Program-made: the position numbers and the translations under genes
Origin: Fibrobacterales bacterium
Lineage (GTDB): Bacteria > Fibrobacterota > Fibrobacteria > Fibrobacterales > JAOPTW01
Length of the DNA stretch: 64,000 nt
NCBI GenBank assembly: GCA_051532035.1
Contig: JAOPTW010000013.1
Span: 288,001-352,000 of the forward strand
Reading direction: 5' to 3'
Part shown: positions 10,201 to 19,500 of the stretch, piece by piece
Numbering within the stretch: the first letter of the stretch is position 1
Layout of the letters: each line of letters starts with the position of its first letter
Notes under the pieces: model-generated
Told to the model about the DNA's origin: nothing
Database searches by the model: none
Seen by the model: the letters and a program-made list of their open reading frames with translations, nothing else

Positions 10201-13200
10201 AATGATATTTTTTAGTTAAAATAACTCTACGGTCTGTTCCATCTTTAACTCCGCCATTACCATCAGGAATCTGAATTTTTTTATTCACAATATATGAAAC
10301 GTATACATCCCCTGTAGAGTTAACTTTTAAATCTATATCTAGTACTTCATCAAGGCTAACAACGCCATCAGGAGTTCCATCTCCAAAATATACTATGTTA
10401 GATGGGCTCGCAGGAATAACAGGTCTATCTCCTAATTTAGTCCATGTACTACCATCAAGTCTTTTTACATACAGGCGCTTTATTTTTTCTCCAACCGAAA
10501 AGGATAGTCCTTCTTCTTTAGTTGCGTCACCCACAAATGCTACATACAAATTTCCGTTTGTTGGATGTATATCAAAAGCAAGGTGCTCTGCTAACCCCTC
10601 AGACACATCACTTGTAGCACTAGCATTTACCCAATCAACGCCATTATATTTTTTCACAGATGCTTTATATGTTGTATAAGTACGTGCTCTCACTTGCGTA
10701 CCGTCCTGAACAGCATCTGTAACTAAAGTCTCTTGTGTAAAAGAAGCAAATGGAGTACTTCCATCATATTTAACAGATAAACCTTTTGTTTGCCCTAAAG
10801 AGACAGAGGGCCCATGATTTTGCCATAATGAACCGTCCCAGCCTTGAGCCACTACTTTATTTCCTAACCGGCTATCCGCATAGAGCACTTCAGGATTAGA
10901 CATTTCATTTGATATTGACACATAATTACTATATCCAGAAGAAATTTTAGCTGTTCCCACATTATTCCATGCAACCATACTTTTATCCAATACTATGGTG
11001 TAGGTATTAGCAACATTATTATTAACTCTCACTCGTATAGTAGTTGGAGTCGTACTTAAATCGACAGGAAAACTAGTTTTATCTGTACAACAAATTCCTG
11101 AAAATGTGCCACTGCCATTGTCATAACTAACCTGATCATCTGGACTAAAATATAAAGTAACGAGAGCTTCTTCCAAAAGATTATCAATATTTTCGCTATA
11201 TGGAAACTTACTCGGTTGAAATGCAAAAGGAACACCATCAACCTCTAAGTCAAACAATAAGTCACCAGATGGCACCCCTATTTCACAAGGCTTTTTAATA
11301 TATGAGTTATCAGTCACTATAATTTTACCCGAACCGTCAACTTCTTGTAATGTCTTCACAACTCTTTTAGCATTATCATATTCTGTTAAATAGCCCACAC
11401 CATTTTTATCAGCTTGTGCAATAGGCAACCTAAATATATTATCATAATAGTAGGTGTTAACATACGCATCAACAGGCGCAAATCGAATATCTTCAACATA
11501 AAATTTAGCATTAAGAACTGAACTCACTGCAACAGTTACATTTCCTGCAGCTAATGTTACCGCTGGAATAATCCTACTAATTTTTTGCCATTGATTAAGA
11601 ACAAGAGGTCTCTCTGGGGTTACCGTTAATTCAGGCCAATACCCATCACCAATACCAACTTCACTTCCATTATTTTTCACCAATAAATTAATTTTTTTAT
11701 CTACATCAACTTCTATTGGATACACCCAAGCTGTAAACAGGTAATTTTTAGTAACATTAGGAGTGAATGTTTTATTGGGACCAACATTAGTCGAAGCTAA
11801 ATAGATAGACCTCTCTCCTAGACGGTCATTTGCACCAATAAAAAGACCATCCGATAGAATTGCCCCACCTTTCTTCCAACCATTTTGTGTATCAAAATAA
11901 TCTAAACTTCCATCTTCGTAATCACCAGTAAAAATTGCCACATCACTATATGATCCATTTTCAATAGTAGCATATTTATAGATACCCGAATTTTGGTACA
12001 AATGGGTAGTAATATTATCTTTATTTGTTAGTGTTTTAGATTTATCATTATCTGAAAAGCTTTCTTTAATACTACCCGTTCCATAATAAGCACTAACAGT
12101 ATCTCTTTGTCTCCAGTCAGTGTTAACATGGCCAGGTGTAAAGTTAAAACCATTATAATTACCAACTGCATTCTCTATACTCCAATCGTACCATGTAGAA
12201 GGCACCCATTTTCCAGTAAGTAAAGAGTTAGACCATAATGTTACATTTGCTGAAAGAAACTTTACAGTGCCATTATCGGACAAATTTGTTGTTTGAGCCA
12301 CTGCATCAAACATGTTATCTACTGCTAATTGTTGATTATATTCATAGGCATATTTAATACGCGTTACCAATGTAGTCCCATTTACATCTGTTCTGATTTC
12401 TCCTGGTTTACCATTATATAAGCTTGTTTCTACACCTGTTGTATAAGGGTACTTGTATTCTACTTCTTTACTTACTTTGTTATCCACATACTTTGTTCTA
12501 GTATTTCTAATTTCATACACTGATTCAGGCCATATATCACGTTGATAACTTTCATAATGAAACTCTTTTGAGCTCACAACTTCATCGGCGTCATTGATTG
12601 CTTCAACTTTTAATAAGCGTCCATTAAATACATTTAAATCCGTTCCATAGGTATATCTCATTTTCCCCAAATCATTTTGCTTACCAATAGCCTTGACAGT
12701 CACAGTATTGAACATTGCATTCGAATGCTGTATAGCATAATTTGATTTATCATCAGAAAAGGTATAACGAGTTGTTGTTGTTGTATTTATAACAGGGTCG
12801 AACACCTCTTTTTGGGTAACAACAAATGTATAGGATGGTGTAACTGTAGAATTCATAAATTTCCTATGAAGTATCGTTTCAGCACCAATTTCTAGGAAAC
12901 CTGATGTATTAACCAATCGTTGATCTTTGTACAAAGAGCGCCCCCTATTCTCTTTGACCCACTCATAATCATTCCATATATATGAATCTAACGGATCATT
13001 TTTTCTAAATGAAAAGCCATCACGATAGGGTATTACTCTTTTACTTGTTTTCGAATGTCCGTGCAAGCCACTCATGGTTCTTTGCCAGCTCTCATTATCA
13101 ACAAAATTATATAATGCAACATTAGCATTAGGATGTACATCATCAAAGAACCAATATCTTTCAATGACATTGGGTGTTCTTAAAGCAAAATATCCGGGCC

Positions 13201-15823
13201 CATTATCAGCAAACCATTCTGATTCATCACCAAAAAAGTCAAAGTCATCATTAACAACATTTTGACTAGCGACATCAAGCCAATAATCACCTGTCCATTG
13301 TACTAACCTAAAATTGTCTCCATCATCAAATTTCACTGCAAAATACCCATCGCCAATTGCTTGAATACTTACTGTTCCATTTCCTATACCTGTATTTTCT
13401 TCTAGCATTGATTCATTTACATGCTTATCCCAAGATACACCATTCCAGTTATACACAGATATTTTATCATCATGATTTACAAACCCTTCTTCAAGAATAT
13501 GGATCAGCATATTTTTACCAAGCCGCCATGTGTCTTCATTATCATTATCATCTTTATAATAAGTTTCTTTAAAATGCTCACCATTCCACGTGTATATGCG
13601 AGCCCTTTTTTGATCATATTTTGGTAATTCATCATACATGTAGCTGACTAATAAATGTGGATATTCAAACTGAAACTTAGTTTCTTCAATATCATCATAC
13701 CCTTTATCAACGTCCTTTGTCGTTTGCCATTCATAGTCGCCTGAAGAATTAACTATTCGTTTGATTATATAAATTTTATACCATTCATTATCCCAAACAC
13801 CTAAACTTTCCTCATATTTTATCCCACAAAACAAACCTTTCCCCATTGGGAAAATATTGTCATAATCACTAGCGTTTTCAAAAACATACCCATCCGGAAC
13901 TGGGTCATGAGAATTCTCTCTGGAAAGATTCTGAGTTGTGTTAATATAAATACTATTATCTTCAACAACTTTTTTATTAACATTATCCCAACTCATAAAC
14001 GTTGTGTAATGGTGCCATTTACAAGCCCAAGCACTAGAGCCAAAGTACGAATCATTAACCTTGGAATTTTGAATAACAATTACGTCTTCTCCAACTGTTA
14101 TCGCTGATGCAAAAATATTATCAATAGCTCCCCCGTTTGGATCCGTAGCATCTTGGTCAAATGCAGCATTTATTACATTATATTCGCCATTCCAAAGTAT
14201 TAGAAAAAAGTAGTTTTCTGTTTGTAATACAAATAACTCTTCCCCACTGGATAAGGTAGAGGATTTAATTTCAATATTTTTAGTTAATTCTGTGCCCCAA
14301 TTAATATTAGCATATCTATCTGTATATTTGTAACCGTCCTTAGATCCCGAATAAGTACCCTCCATAAAATATTTTCTTTTAATTCCTTTTGAGGCATTAT
14401 TTTCTATTAAAGTCTTTAATGCTATAGAGCGAAAGTCATCTTTAAGAGGCTTATATTTATAGTCAAAAGTAACCAAACCACAAAACGGAGTCTTTTTTGA
14501 TTTTAATGCTCCCCAATGATATTCTTTATTTGTTCTAAAATCCTCGATCGGTATATTATCCGCTCTACCCTCAGACCCGTCCCAATAATCATATTCAGTA
14601 GCTCCTATTTCAACTAAGCTCCCATCATACTCATACTCAACTACTTTTGCCAAAACACTTTTAACATAATGCCCTGAGCCTTCTACTCCTGTAGCATTGT
14701 GACGCTTTTGATTTAACTTTCCGTAACAAAATTGAAATTCACGAACTTTATCATTCGATCCATTATATATTTCAATTCTTTGAAGTAAACTATCTTCATA
14801 ATGTTCCATATAGGCATCAGCTGCATCACCTGGATTTACCGGGTCAGCCTGAAGAATTTTCGGATCTAAAAATTCTTTTTTGCCTTTTACTTCCATATGA
14901 AATTCAGCTCTAAAACCTTCTGACGTTACAATTCTATCAAGGTATGATGCTTTGGTATATTTTTGAGAAGACGATTCTCCTAAGGATTGTAATTTTTCCA
15001 ACGTCTGAACATAGGTATAATCTACAAACGCTCCAAAATAACTTTCTTTCCTAGATAATTTCCATTCGTGTGGGTATAAAATATCATCATAGGCGCCATT
15101 AGGCAAGCCTTCACCAACGTATTTTACATCAGTTGTTTTTTCGTAGGCAAAAGTATAGTTTGTCGCTGATCGTACTGTAGGAGTAGCAGAGACATCAAAG
15201 TCGCCAAATTTTAACTTGTTACCAGATAAATCAATAATCGTCCATCCAATAATAAAAGACTTAAGCGGGTTACCACCACCATCTAATCTATAGTGCGGAA
15301 CCACTTTCCAACGAGGTAGATTTTCTAAATAATAGACATCATTTTTAAGATAAATTTCATGAGACACTCCATTACTGCTAACATAATTGCATCTATCATC
15401 GGTAGTTGGCATGGTATGCATTGGGTCACAAGAAATTTTGCCCATATCAAAACGCCATCCAAGGCCCACCCAACTTGTAGGCGCTTTATCATTTCTTGTA
15501 TGTACGTTTAAGTGAATATTACTCGAGTAAGAAAATGAAAGTACTTCAGTTGAGAATGAAGGGAGTGAGTCACCTTGAACTCCCATAAACTGTGCTGCAC
15601 CATTGAGAGTTGAGTCATTGAAGTCTCCTGGATTCTCGCTACTTAATCCGCCAGGGAATGTAAACAGATGATGATTCAGCTGTACATTACCAGAAATTAG
15701 GTTAACACCTTTTGAATCATGGTCAAGTTTACTGAAAGGATTTTGGTGCTCTGTTGAAGTACCACTGCCAAATACACTATGGCAGCAAATTAAAGTTATA
15801 ATTATGTGAATGATTTTACTCAA
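7250..15823 (-). CDS. Giant secreted YD/RHS-shell 'B-type' protein (SpvB/TcB-like N-terminus) with propeller-like repeats, CBM-like and cadherin-like domains and three C-terminal ricin-B lectin domains
   Basis: Sec signal; GVNLISG...SFSYSS...SWVGLGW N-terminal motif; repeated (Y/W)xWNG blades; VNTYYYD...DKNG...EYDNAKR YD hairpins; three ~140-aa ricin-B units (YEIRNxxSxxCVDV...NVQQ.xC...QxW) at about 7250-8550. Confidence 0.75.
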   Translation of the reverse strand: MSKIIHIIITLICCHSVFGSGTSTEHQNPFSKLDHDSKGVNLISGNVQLNHHLFTFPGGLSSENPGDFNDSTLNGAAQFMGVQGDSLPSFSTEVLSFSYSSNIHLNVHTRNDKAPTSWVGLGWRFDMGKISCDPMHTMPTTDDRCNYVSSNGVSHEIYLKNDVYYLENLPRWKVVPHYRLDGGGNPLKSFIIGWTIIDLSGNKLKFGDFDVSATPTVRSATNYTFAYEKTTDVKYVGEGLPNGAYDDILYPHEWKLSRKESYFGAFVDYTYVQTLEKLQSLGESSSQKYTKASYLDRIVTSEGFRAEFHMEVKGKKEFLDPKILQADPVNPGDAADAYMEHYEDSLLQRIEIYNGSNDKVREFQFCYGKLNQKRHNATGVEGSGHYVKSVLAKVVEYEYDGSLVEIGATEYDYWDGSEGRADNIPIEDFRTNKEYHWGALKSKKTPFCGLVTFDYKYKPLKDDFRSIALKTLIENNASKGIKRKYFMEGTYSGSKDGYKYTDRYANINWGTELTKNIEIKSSTLSSGEELFVLQTENYFFLILWNGEYNVINAAFDQDATDPNGGAIDNIFASAITVGEDVIVIQNSKVNDSYFGSSAWACKWHHYTTFMSWDNVNKKVVEDNSIYINTTQNLSRENSHDPVPDGYVFENASDYDNIFPMGKGLFCGIKYEESLGVWDNEWYKIYIIKRIVNSSGDYEWQTTKDVDKGYDDIEETKFQFEYPHLLVSYMYDELPKYDQKRARIYTWNGEHFKETYYKDDNDNEDTWRLGKNMLIHILEEGFVNHDDKISVYNWNGVSWDKHVNESMLEENTGIGNGTVSIQAIGDGYFAVKFDDGDNFRLVQWTGDYWLDVASQNVVNDDFDFFGDESEWFADNGPGYFALRTPNVIERYWFFDDVHPNANVALYNFVDNESWQRTMSGLHGHSKTSKRVIPYRDGFSFRKNDPLDSYIWNDYEWVKENRGRSLYKDQRLVNTSGFLEIGAETILHRKFMNSTVTPSYTFVVTQKEVFDPVINTTTTTRYTFSDDKSNYAIQHSNAMFNTVTVKAIGKQNDLGKMRYTYGTDLNVFNGRLLKVEAINDADEVVSSKEFHYESYQRDIWPESVYEIRNTRTKYVDNKVSKEVEYKYPYTTGVETSLYNGKPGEIRTDVNGTTLVTRIKYAYEYNQQLAVDNMFDAVAQTTNLSDNGTVKFLSANVTLWSNSLLTGKWVPSTWYDWSIENAVGNYNGFNFTPGHVNTDWRQRDTVSAYYGTGSIKESFSDNDKSKTLTNKDNITTHLYQNSGIYKYATIENGSYSDVAIFTGDYEDGSLDYFDTQNGWKKGGAILSDGLFIGANDRLGERSIYLASTNVGPNKTFTPNVTKNYLFTAWVYPIEVDVDKKINLLVKNNGSEVGIGDGYWPELTVTPERPLVLNQWQKISRIIPAVTLAAGNVTVAVSSVLNAKFYVEDIRFAPVDAYVNTYYYDNIFRLPIAQADKNGVGYLTEYDNAKRVVKTLQEVDGSGKIIVTDNSYIKKPCEIGVPSGDLLFDLEVDGVPFAFQPSKFPYSENIDNLLEEALVTLYFSPDDQVSYDNGSGTFSGICCTDKTSFPVDLSTTPTTIRVRVNNNVANTYTIVLDKSMVAWNNVGTAKISSGYSNYVSISNEMSNPEVLYADSRLGNKVVAQGWDGSLWQNHGPSVSLGQTKGLSVKYDGSTPFASFTQETLVTDAVQDGTQVRARTYTTYKASVKKYNGVDWVNASATSDVSEGLAEHLAFDIHPTNGNLYVAFVGDATKEEGLSFSVGEKIKRLYVKRLDGSTWTKLGDRPVIPASPSNIVYFGDGTPDGVVSLDEVLDIDLKVNSTGDVYVSYIVNKKIQIPDGNGGVKDGTDRRVILTKKYHSGNEHWGTIDAFDNSDFLGSLEADDFAAPMVDHFVLDFYNNQPVIAAKHQTYEPYTDSYGSGVALSENYIVSVYSYDKTYTNANGHHWFALPNGPTSKDIELFLQKDVDDFDFSVNSGVPYLAFHGFQNNDRLSVIKWNGTDWKSVGNPAFTSLANTNAKKVSFGKNGGVETVGILKTDKFVSVLDYNSTGDKDLTLSSMDIKGIEGTTLHGIDYTWNYKPYILNYQATAKMNSNTNIARFSFAASNLADVGKVYILNEEDEICWAKSAGQCDITNEVISATPASLNLPLYQGKNTYKVVVYPSSGAMSPLTYNYAITKKQSVGLPGLGSSIDIKLDGITPITPFDPHNPSNPIIFPLDEVNDDGDGDGTYRVYPVIFNDGFVEYDFERYYPGDYIIIDISECKPNCSDTLIIRPGTPGNSSDADEPGGSTLPGDEFIKVILEPDFTPDPLLVMSGVEIEVNSKSLTYSPTGSLTIRIAKNINMSDLEIVNINGKVVEVQGATMTSVGHYPLSILPFQKKIDVVVKNSVSDPSPVIYPVYIIWEDPIVVVAGIYEIQNIHSNRCVEVDDASLDDGANVQQFDCNTTHTQRWEVSYIGKGYYQFKNLNSGKFLDVADFGKGSNVQQWGPNSWGDHRKWKIEEVTEGVYTLQPKSNEEKCLDVVGRQIPANINVQVYDCNETEAQSFRFNVVNTDPVDFTGIYEIRNNVSNLCVDVVNGSQNEAANVQQFTCNNTNAQRWEFTDLGNDEYQVKNVNSGRVLDVAWGGVDANVQQWQYVSTGPSQKWTVEYTGNGTYALIPQSKTTECLTIAGGSEHAGANVEAHHCNKDGSQRFELIDKSNEPVYLDGVYEIRNNISNKCVDVDGASYSDGANVRQWDCNQSNAQYWIVDHLGSDVYSLTNKNSGKYLDVSWGGQSENVHQWGNSSPGSSQQWKFKDAGNGTYTLTPLTNSIECLDIEGAATWSGANIRSVDCNGTDAQKFEFVH

Positions 15824-16071
15824 AATGTCCTCATCTCTATCTAGTTAATCAATTATTTGGGGAGATTTTTTTTCTCCGGATTATTATTATTTCTTGTCAT
15901 ACATTTTCAATATGAGTTATAGTCTTTATTTTTGAATTGTAGCCAAAATACATTATACTTAATTTCATTAAAAAGTTTATTGTTCGCCAAAAGAATTGTA
16001 ATCTGTCATTCTCAATATTCAACATTATATTTCTAAGTAATTACCACTGCAATTGTCAAAATAAACTCCAC

Positions 16072-16524
16072 TTATTTAAAAATACCTAACACTTTCTGAC
16101 TATCTATGACTCTATCTAAAAAAGATGTAATCCTGTTTTTAGCCGGGTTCTTTTCAATATCAAAAACTATAGCCTTTTTCATTTTTTTACAATCAAAAGC
16201 CTCTGAGTCACCAACTGGATTTGTCAGAATTCTATAAACAACAGATTCGTAACGACTTGAATCGGAGAATAAAACTTCAAAAAAAACATTTGGTTTTTCT
16301 TTCAACAAACTAAAAGTTATAGAATTACTCCATTCATTATAATCAATATTAATTAAACAATTCTCATCAGACAAAGAATTAAAAAAATCCTTAACAGTGT
16401 TAGAGTTTGGATTATTTTTAACTGCAGAGCCAATACTAAAACAACTATCACCTTGGGCCCAACAGCACAGAGAAAACACTAACATTAATAACACTATTAT
16501 TCTTGGCATAAAATCCTCGCTCAT
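16072..16524 (-). CDS. Putative periplasmic immunity protein
   Basis: Small gene 19 bp downstream of the RHS toxin gene; signal peptide (MPRIIVLLMLVFSLCCWA; probable start ATG 16509 with GAGG upstream); several Cys. The functional call rests on position. Confidence 0.6.
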   Translation of the reverse strand: MSEDFMPRIIVLLMLVFSLCCWAQGDSCFSIGSAVKNNPNSNTVKDFFNSLSDENCLINIDYNEWSNSITFSLLKEKPNVFFEVLFSDSSRYESVVYRILTNPVGDSEAFDCKKMKKAIVFDIEKNPAKNRITSFLDRVIDSQKVLGIFK

Positions 16525-16543
16525 TAAAATTTATATTGACCTT

Positions 16544-19500
16544 CTAAATTCCTGACTGGTTATAAATTGGGATATTAGTCGGAGATTCATTATTTTGTCC
16601 ATTTCTATAGATATAAATATGCCCTGAAGAACCACCTGTGTTGCCACCACTCCAATTAAAGTTACCATTAAAAGCCGCCCAATCATCTGGATGAATAGTT
16701 ACACAACCACGAGAACCCCTACTATTGTAATTCCCATTATTACTAGTGCCAGAATGAATATTTACAAATTGCATTACCGTACGATCACCTTCACGGTTAA
16801 TACCTGAATTAACTCTATTTCCATTCACATCAACAATATTTAAACCACGTTGAGTACCACCTGAATGACCATTGGCGTTATTAAATAAAAATGTCTCATT
16901 AGCATTAGTTGTATTCCAATCCGTTCCTACTAGATCATTTCCTATAGTGTTCGGGTAACTTGAGCCCCTATATGGACCCAAAATATTTCCGTCATCATCC
17001 CGTACATAAACTTGCGCCGTGTAAGTATCATTTCCACCAGCGCCATCATCTACTGGTAAGCTAGATTGATCATAAATAATTACATCTTCCAATCCATTAG
17101 GGTCGATTCTGTTTATAGGATTATTTGATCCATAGGCATATCCCGAAAAATGTTGCCGAGCGGGATCTGCACTTGCCCACATTCCAATTCCCGCATTATA
17201 ATATCTCGCGCCGAAATAACTCAAATCCATTAATCTATCATCTGCAGGTGTAGCTCCATCATATCCGTCCTTATCAAGCTCTTTTCCGGTAAATAATTGA
17301 CGTCCATTTTTAGTGCCACTAGTGTAGAAGTTGAGCATATCACCAAATCCCTGATATGCATTAGCATTCACAACATTACCAGCGGGAGCTGTCGCATTAA
17401 AAGCCATACGCGTTGATCCTAAATGGTCTCTTAAATAAAAGTATTCCGTTTCTACACCAGCCTCTGTTCTTCTTGCGGCACCAACTACTCCAGTTGGAGT
17501 GCTATAATTTACTGTTGATATATACAGATCATTTGTAGATGCCAATTCAAGAACTGCTTCATTATCTAGATATACGATAGAATCAACTACAACTTCAGTA
17601 CCTGGTGTGGGTGTCGCACTAATTTCATATACCGTTTTCGAAACCCTCTGTCCGCCGGCATCATACATCATTTTCACAACGCCTTTCATGGTGAAAGTGC
17701 CAAGTGCAACTATAAATTCATTATATGTGTCTACTGTTGTACCATAGGTTAAATCTTCGAAAAAATGATATGCTTTTGCCATACCTCTATAATCATATTC
17801 CACATACATATTTTTTTCAAAATCAACAGCAAGATTACCCATTGGATCATAAAGAAAATGATGCCTTGTGGTAGTAGCCGTAACAACGGCATCTACTGAA
17901 GCAAGTCTATTTGACCCACTCTCATAATTATATGACATGTTTTCAGCGCCAGATACTAAGTCAGGTCCTTTTTCTCTTTTAGTTACAAACCTTCCAATGT
18001 TATCATAAGTATATCCACCACCTGTTTGAGGGTTTACTCCAATCCCAATAGTAGAAGAGAGAATGTTTGTTAGCTGATTTGCTCCATCATATGTATACTC
18101 TTCTGCAATCACTCCATTTGTTGCACCATATCTGTAAGTCATCTTAGAACATTTAAGAGAACCGTCGTATTTACCTGTCGTAGCGCCATTACAGCTAAGC
18201 TCATAATCAATATCTTGTTCAAATTTATTTCCATCAATTTTTTTAATTTGATCTCTTAAGTTATAGGTATACACTAATTCCTCACGAACTGAAGACGTCG
18301 CATAATCAAAATAACGTTCATTTTCGACAAGCCCTATTCGATTATATTCATATTCAATAGATTTTTTCGGGGTAGCACCCATTGAGCCATGCTGAATTTC
18401 TTTCAATCTATTTTGTGAATCATATACATAAGATTTTTTATGTTGTTCAATCCAAGCACCTGAATTTCTATTCTCATATGTTTGAGTCATTAGAGCATCA
18501 TAAGCTGAATAACTATAGCTGAATTTTTGTATAGGAGTCAATGCATTAATTATTTTGTATTTAGCAATAACACGACCTTTCTCATCATATGAAAATACAT
18601 CAGCAATTTTTTCATTAAACTCACCATAACTTATAACTGCAACAAGATTACCACGAGAATTTTGAAGTTCTTTCTCAACTTCGCCTAATTCAGAAACATT
18701 AGCTGTCCAACCCAAATATGTATTTAAAGCAGGTACAACATCATAAATAGAGGTCGCTTTTTGTATAGTATTTGAAGAGTTAATTACGGCATTAGGTGAA
18801 TTAAAATCAAGAGTTCCATCACTTACAGAAACCCCTATTTGTCTATTGAGGTTGTCATAAGAAAAAATGGTAAAGAGATTATTTCCTGCAGTGCTATTTG
18901 ATAATTGGTTTTGATTTTTAGAATATCGCAATCTCCCAACGTTATCATATTTATACTGAGTCAAACCATCATCCACCGAAGTCACACTAGTTACTCCTCC
19001 AATTGTATTGTATGTATAGGTTGTTTTATTTGTTGGATCAGCTGAAACGGATTCCAGCATTTGCCCTTTATCATCATAGAGAGTTTCTGTTGTTATTTCA
19101 CCAGGCATGCCTGAAATATCAGGGTAAGACCTCTGTTTAATAGCCACCCCTCTTTTATCTACGATTACTTGAGAATAATTACCATCTGGACTTTTATAAA
19201 CTTTTAAAAAATAACTCGCAGCTTCTGAATCTTGTTGAGTATTATCTAAATAATTCTCACTTAAATTAATTTGAGCAATAAAAGAGGTAGAAGTTAAAAC
19301 ACCGAACTTCCATTGTTTATCATGATGCCCGTTAGTAGCCAAAGAAAATGCTTCATCATAAGTACCTTGTTCAATTAAAGATTGATTTGGGTCTGAGGTA
19401 TATTTCATTTCATTAAATGCATATTGATCAGAATACTCTCCTATGGCTTCTGTTATGCAGTTAGAACAATCCATTTGTTGAAATATAGCAGTGGCATTAT

